A stretch of 64,000 bases of DNA, from assembly GCA_002633005.1 (NCBI GenBank), contig NMRA01001046.1, positions 1-64,000 of the forward strand. The letters run 5' to 3'. The position numbers and the translations under genes are program-made. The stretch's first letter is position 1. Each line of letters begins with the position of its first letter. The DNA is from Phoronis australis (taxonomy: Eukaryota > Animalia > Phoronida). Shown in pieces: positions 63,280 through 64,000 of this stretch. The notes under the pieces were generated by a model. That model was not told the DNA's origin, ran no database searches, and worked only from the letters and a program-made list of their open reading frames with translations.

Positions 63280-63606
63280 CAAAGGAAACCGACTTGCTCA
63301 TTTCCGTCTTTGAAATTGGAAGCAAATCGCCAACACCGCCAGACCAGCGCAGTAAAATAGTTCTTGTTGATGGGTGGAGCTACACAGCAGTATGTCAAAC
63401 CGACAATGTGATACCTAACATTACAATACACTGGGTGACGTCACCTGGGATGAAAGTCACCCCAGTTAACGGGACGAATCGCTATCAAGCAACAGTCAAT
63501 GTCACTGCCAATTCTTCGCTTAAGGACACTGCAATGGAATGCTCTGCGAATCACAGTGTCATTTTGACGCTAGCATCTTCAAAGACCATAGGACTGGACG
63601 TTTACT
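63280..63606 (+). CDS. Giant IgSF gene: Ig exon 19 (type B); the gene continues beyond the window
   Basis: atatcctcag|...T|gtaaga, 327 nt; SYTAVC...ITIHW...DTAMECSANH. Confidence 0.88.
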
Positions 63607-63699
63607 GTAAGAAAGCTTTTAAATATACCATTTATTTGCAATTTAAAATGATAGCACACCCCATTCTGGTTTATTCAGGTAAATGTATACTAACAACAG

Positions 63700-64000
63700 G
63701 TTTTCCATCCACTACCTTGTAACGAAATAATACTCTGTTACCCGGGACCTTCCTCAAAATTCGAAGGAATTTTGAAAACTCCTTTCAAGGTCGGCGAAAC
63801 TGGTAAGCACGACCAACGCTTCTAGCGACTTACACGCCATCTTTCGAGTAAGAACACCGAGCATGGACCATAATGTCCGATTTATGAGATGGTGTTTTTG
63901 AGTTTTTAATTGATTCCCGCTATATCTTACACGTGTTACGCCAACGATACATTTGCATGTAAAAGAACGGGATTAATCGAAATCAACAAACCAGGATTAT
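63700..64000 (+). repeat. Old dispersed repeat family, copy 3 (runs off the window)
   Basis: ggaattttgaaaactcctttcaag...ctagcgacttacacg...gtccgatttatgaga...ttgattcc, homologous to 18605-18960. Confidence 0.65.

Noticed and set aside
23900-63606. Dscam-style mutually exclusive exon clusters or V(D)J-like segments
   Set aside because: Exons are whole domains alternating A/B and splice consecutively in frame. I saw no near-identical variant clusters, docking-site repeats or heptamer/nonamer RSS pairs at exon edges.

Overview
Eukaryotic genomic DNA (AT-rich, spliceosomal introns, rich in MITEs), most likely from a marine invertebrate; the species cannot be determined from the sequence. It holds two divergently oriented genes. 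(1) Minus strand: a FAM174-family single-pass membrane protein (coding exons 12348-11951 and 7617-7479/7492, candidate last exons near 5.96 and 5.79 kb, and probably a long 3' UTR). (2) Plus strand, from about 21 kb past the window end: a very large immunoglobulin-superfamily gene that the ORF track shows only as fragments. I can splice one Ser/Thr/Pro-rich exon and 19 one-domain-per-exon Ig-like exons into a single open frame of about 2,270 aa. All are phase 1-1 with lengths divisible by 3; this needs removal of one assembly N and use of one GC donor. The domains are highly diverged and mostly alternate as an A/B pair, where type A lacks the canonical Trp and often carries a private FGxGxL insertion. 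The best signal-peptide exon has a stop at codon 2, and no TM or cytoplasmic part is in the window. Introns and intergenic DNA contain minisatellites, Helentron-type (HINE) elements, P-, hAT-, Tc1- and Harbinger-like MITEs, a Penelope-like palindrome with hammerhead-like cores, tRNA-derived remnants and one probable haplotype-duplication artefact. All calls were made by eye; no database searches were run.
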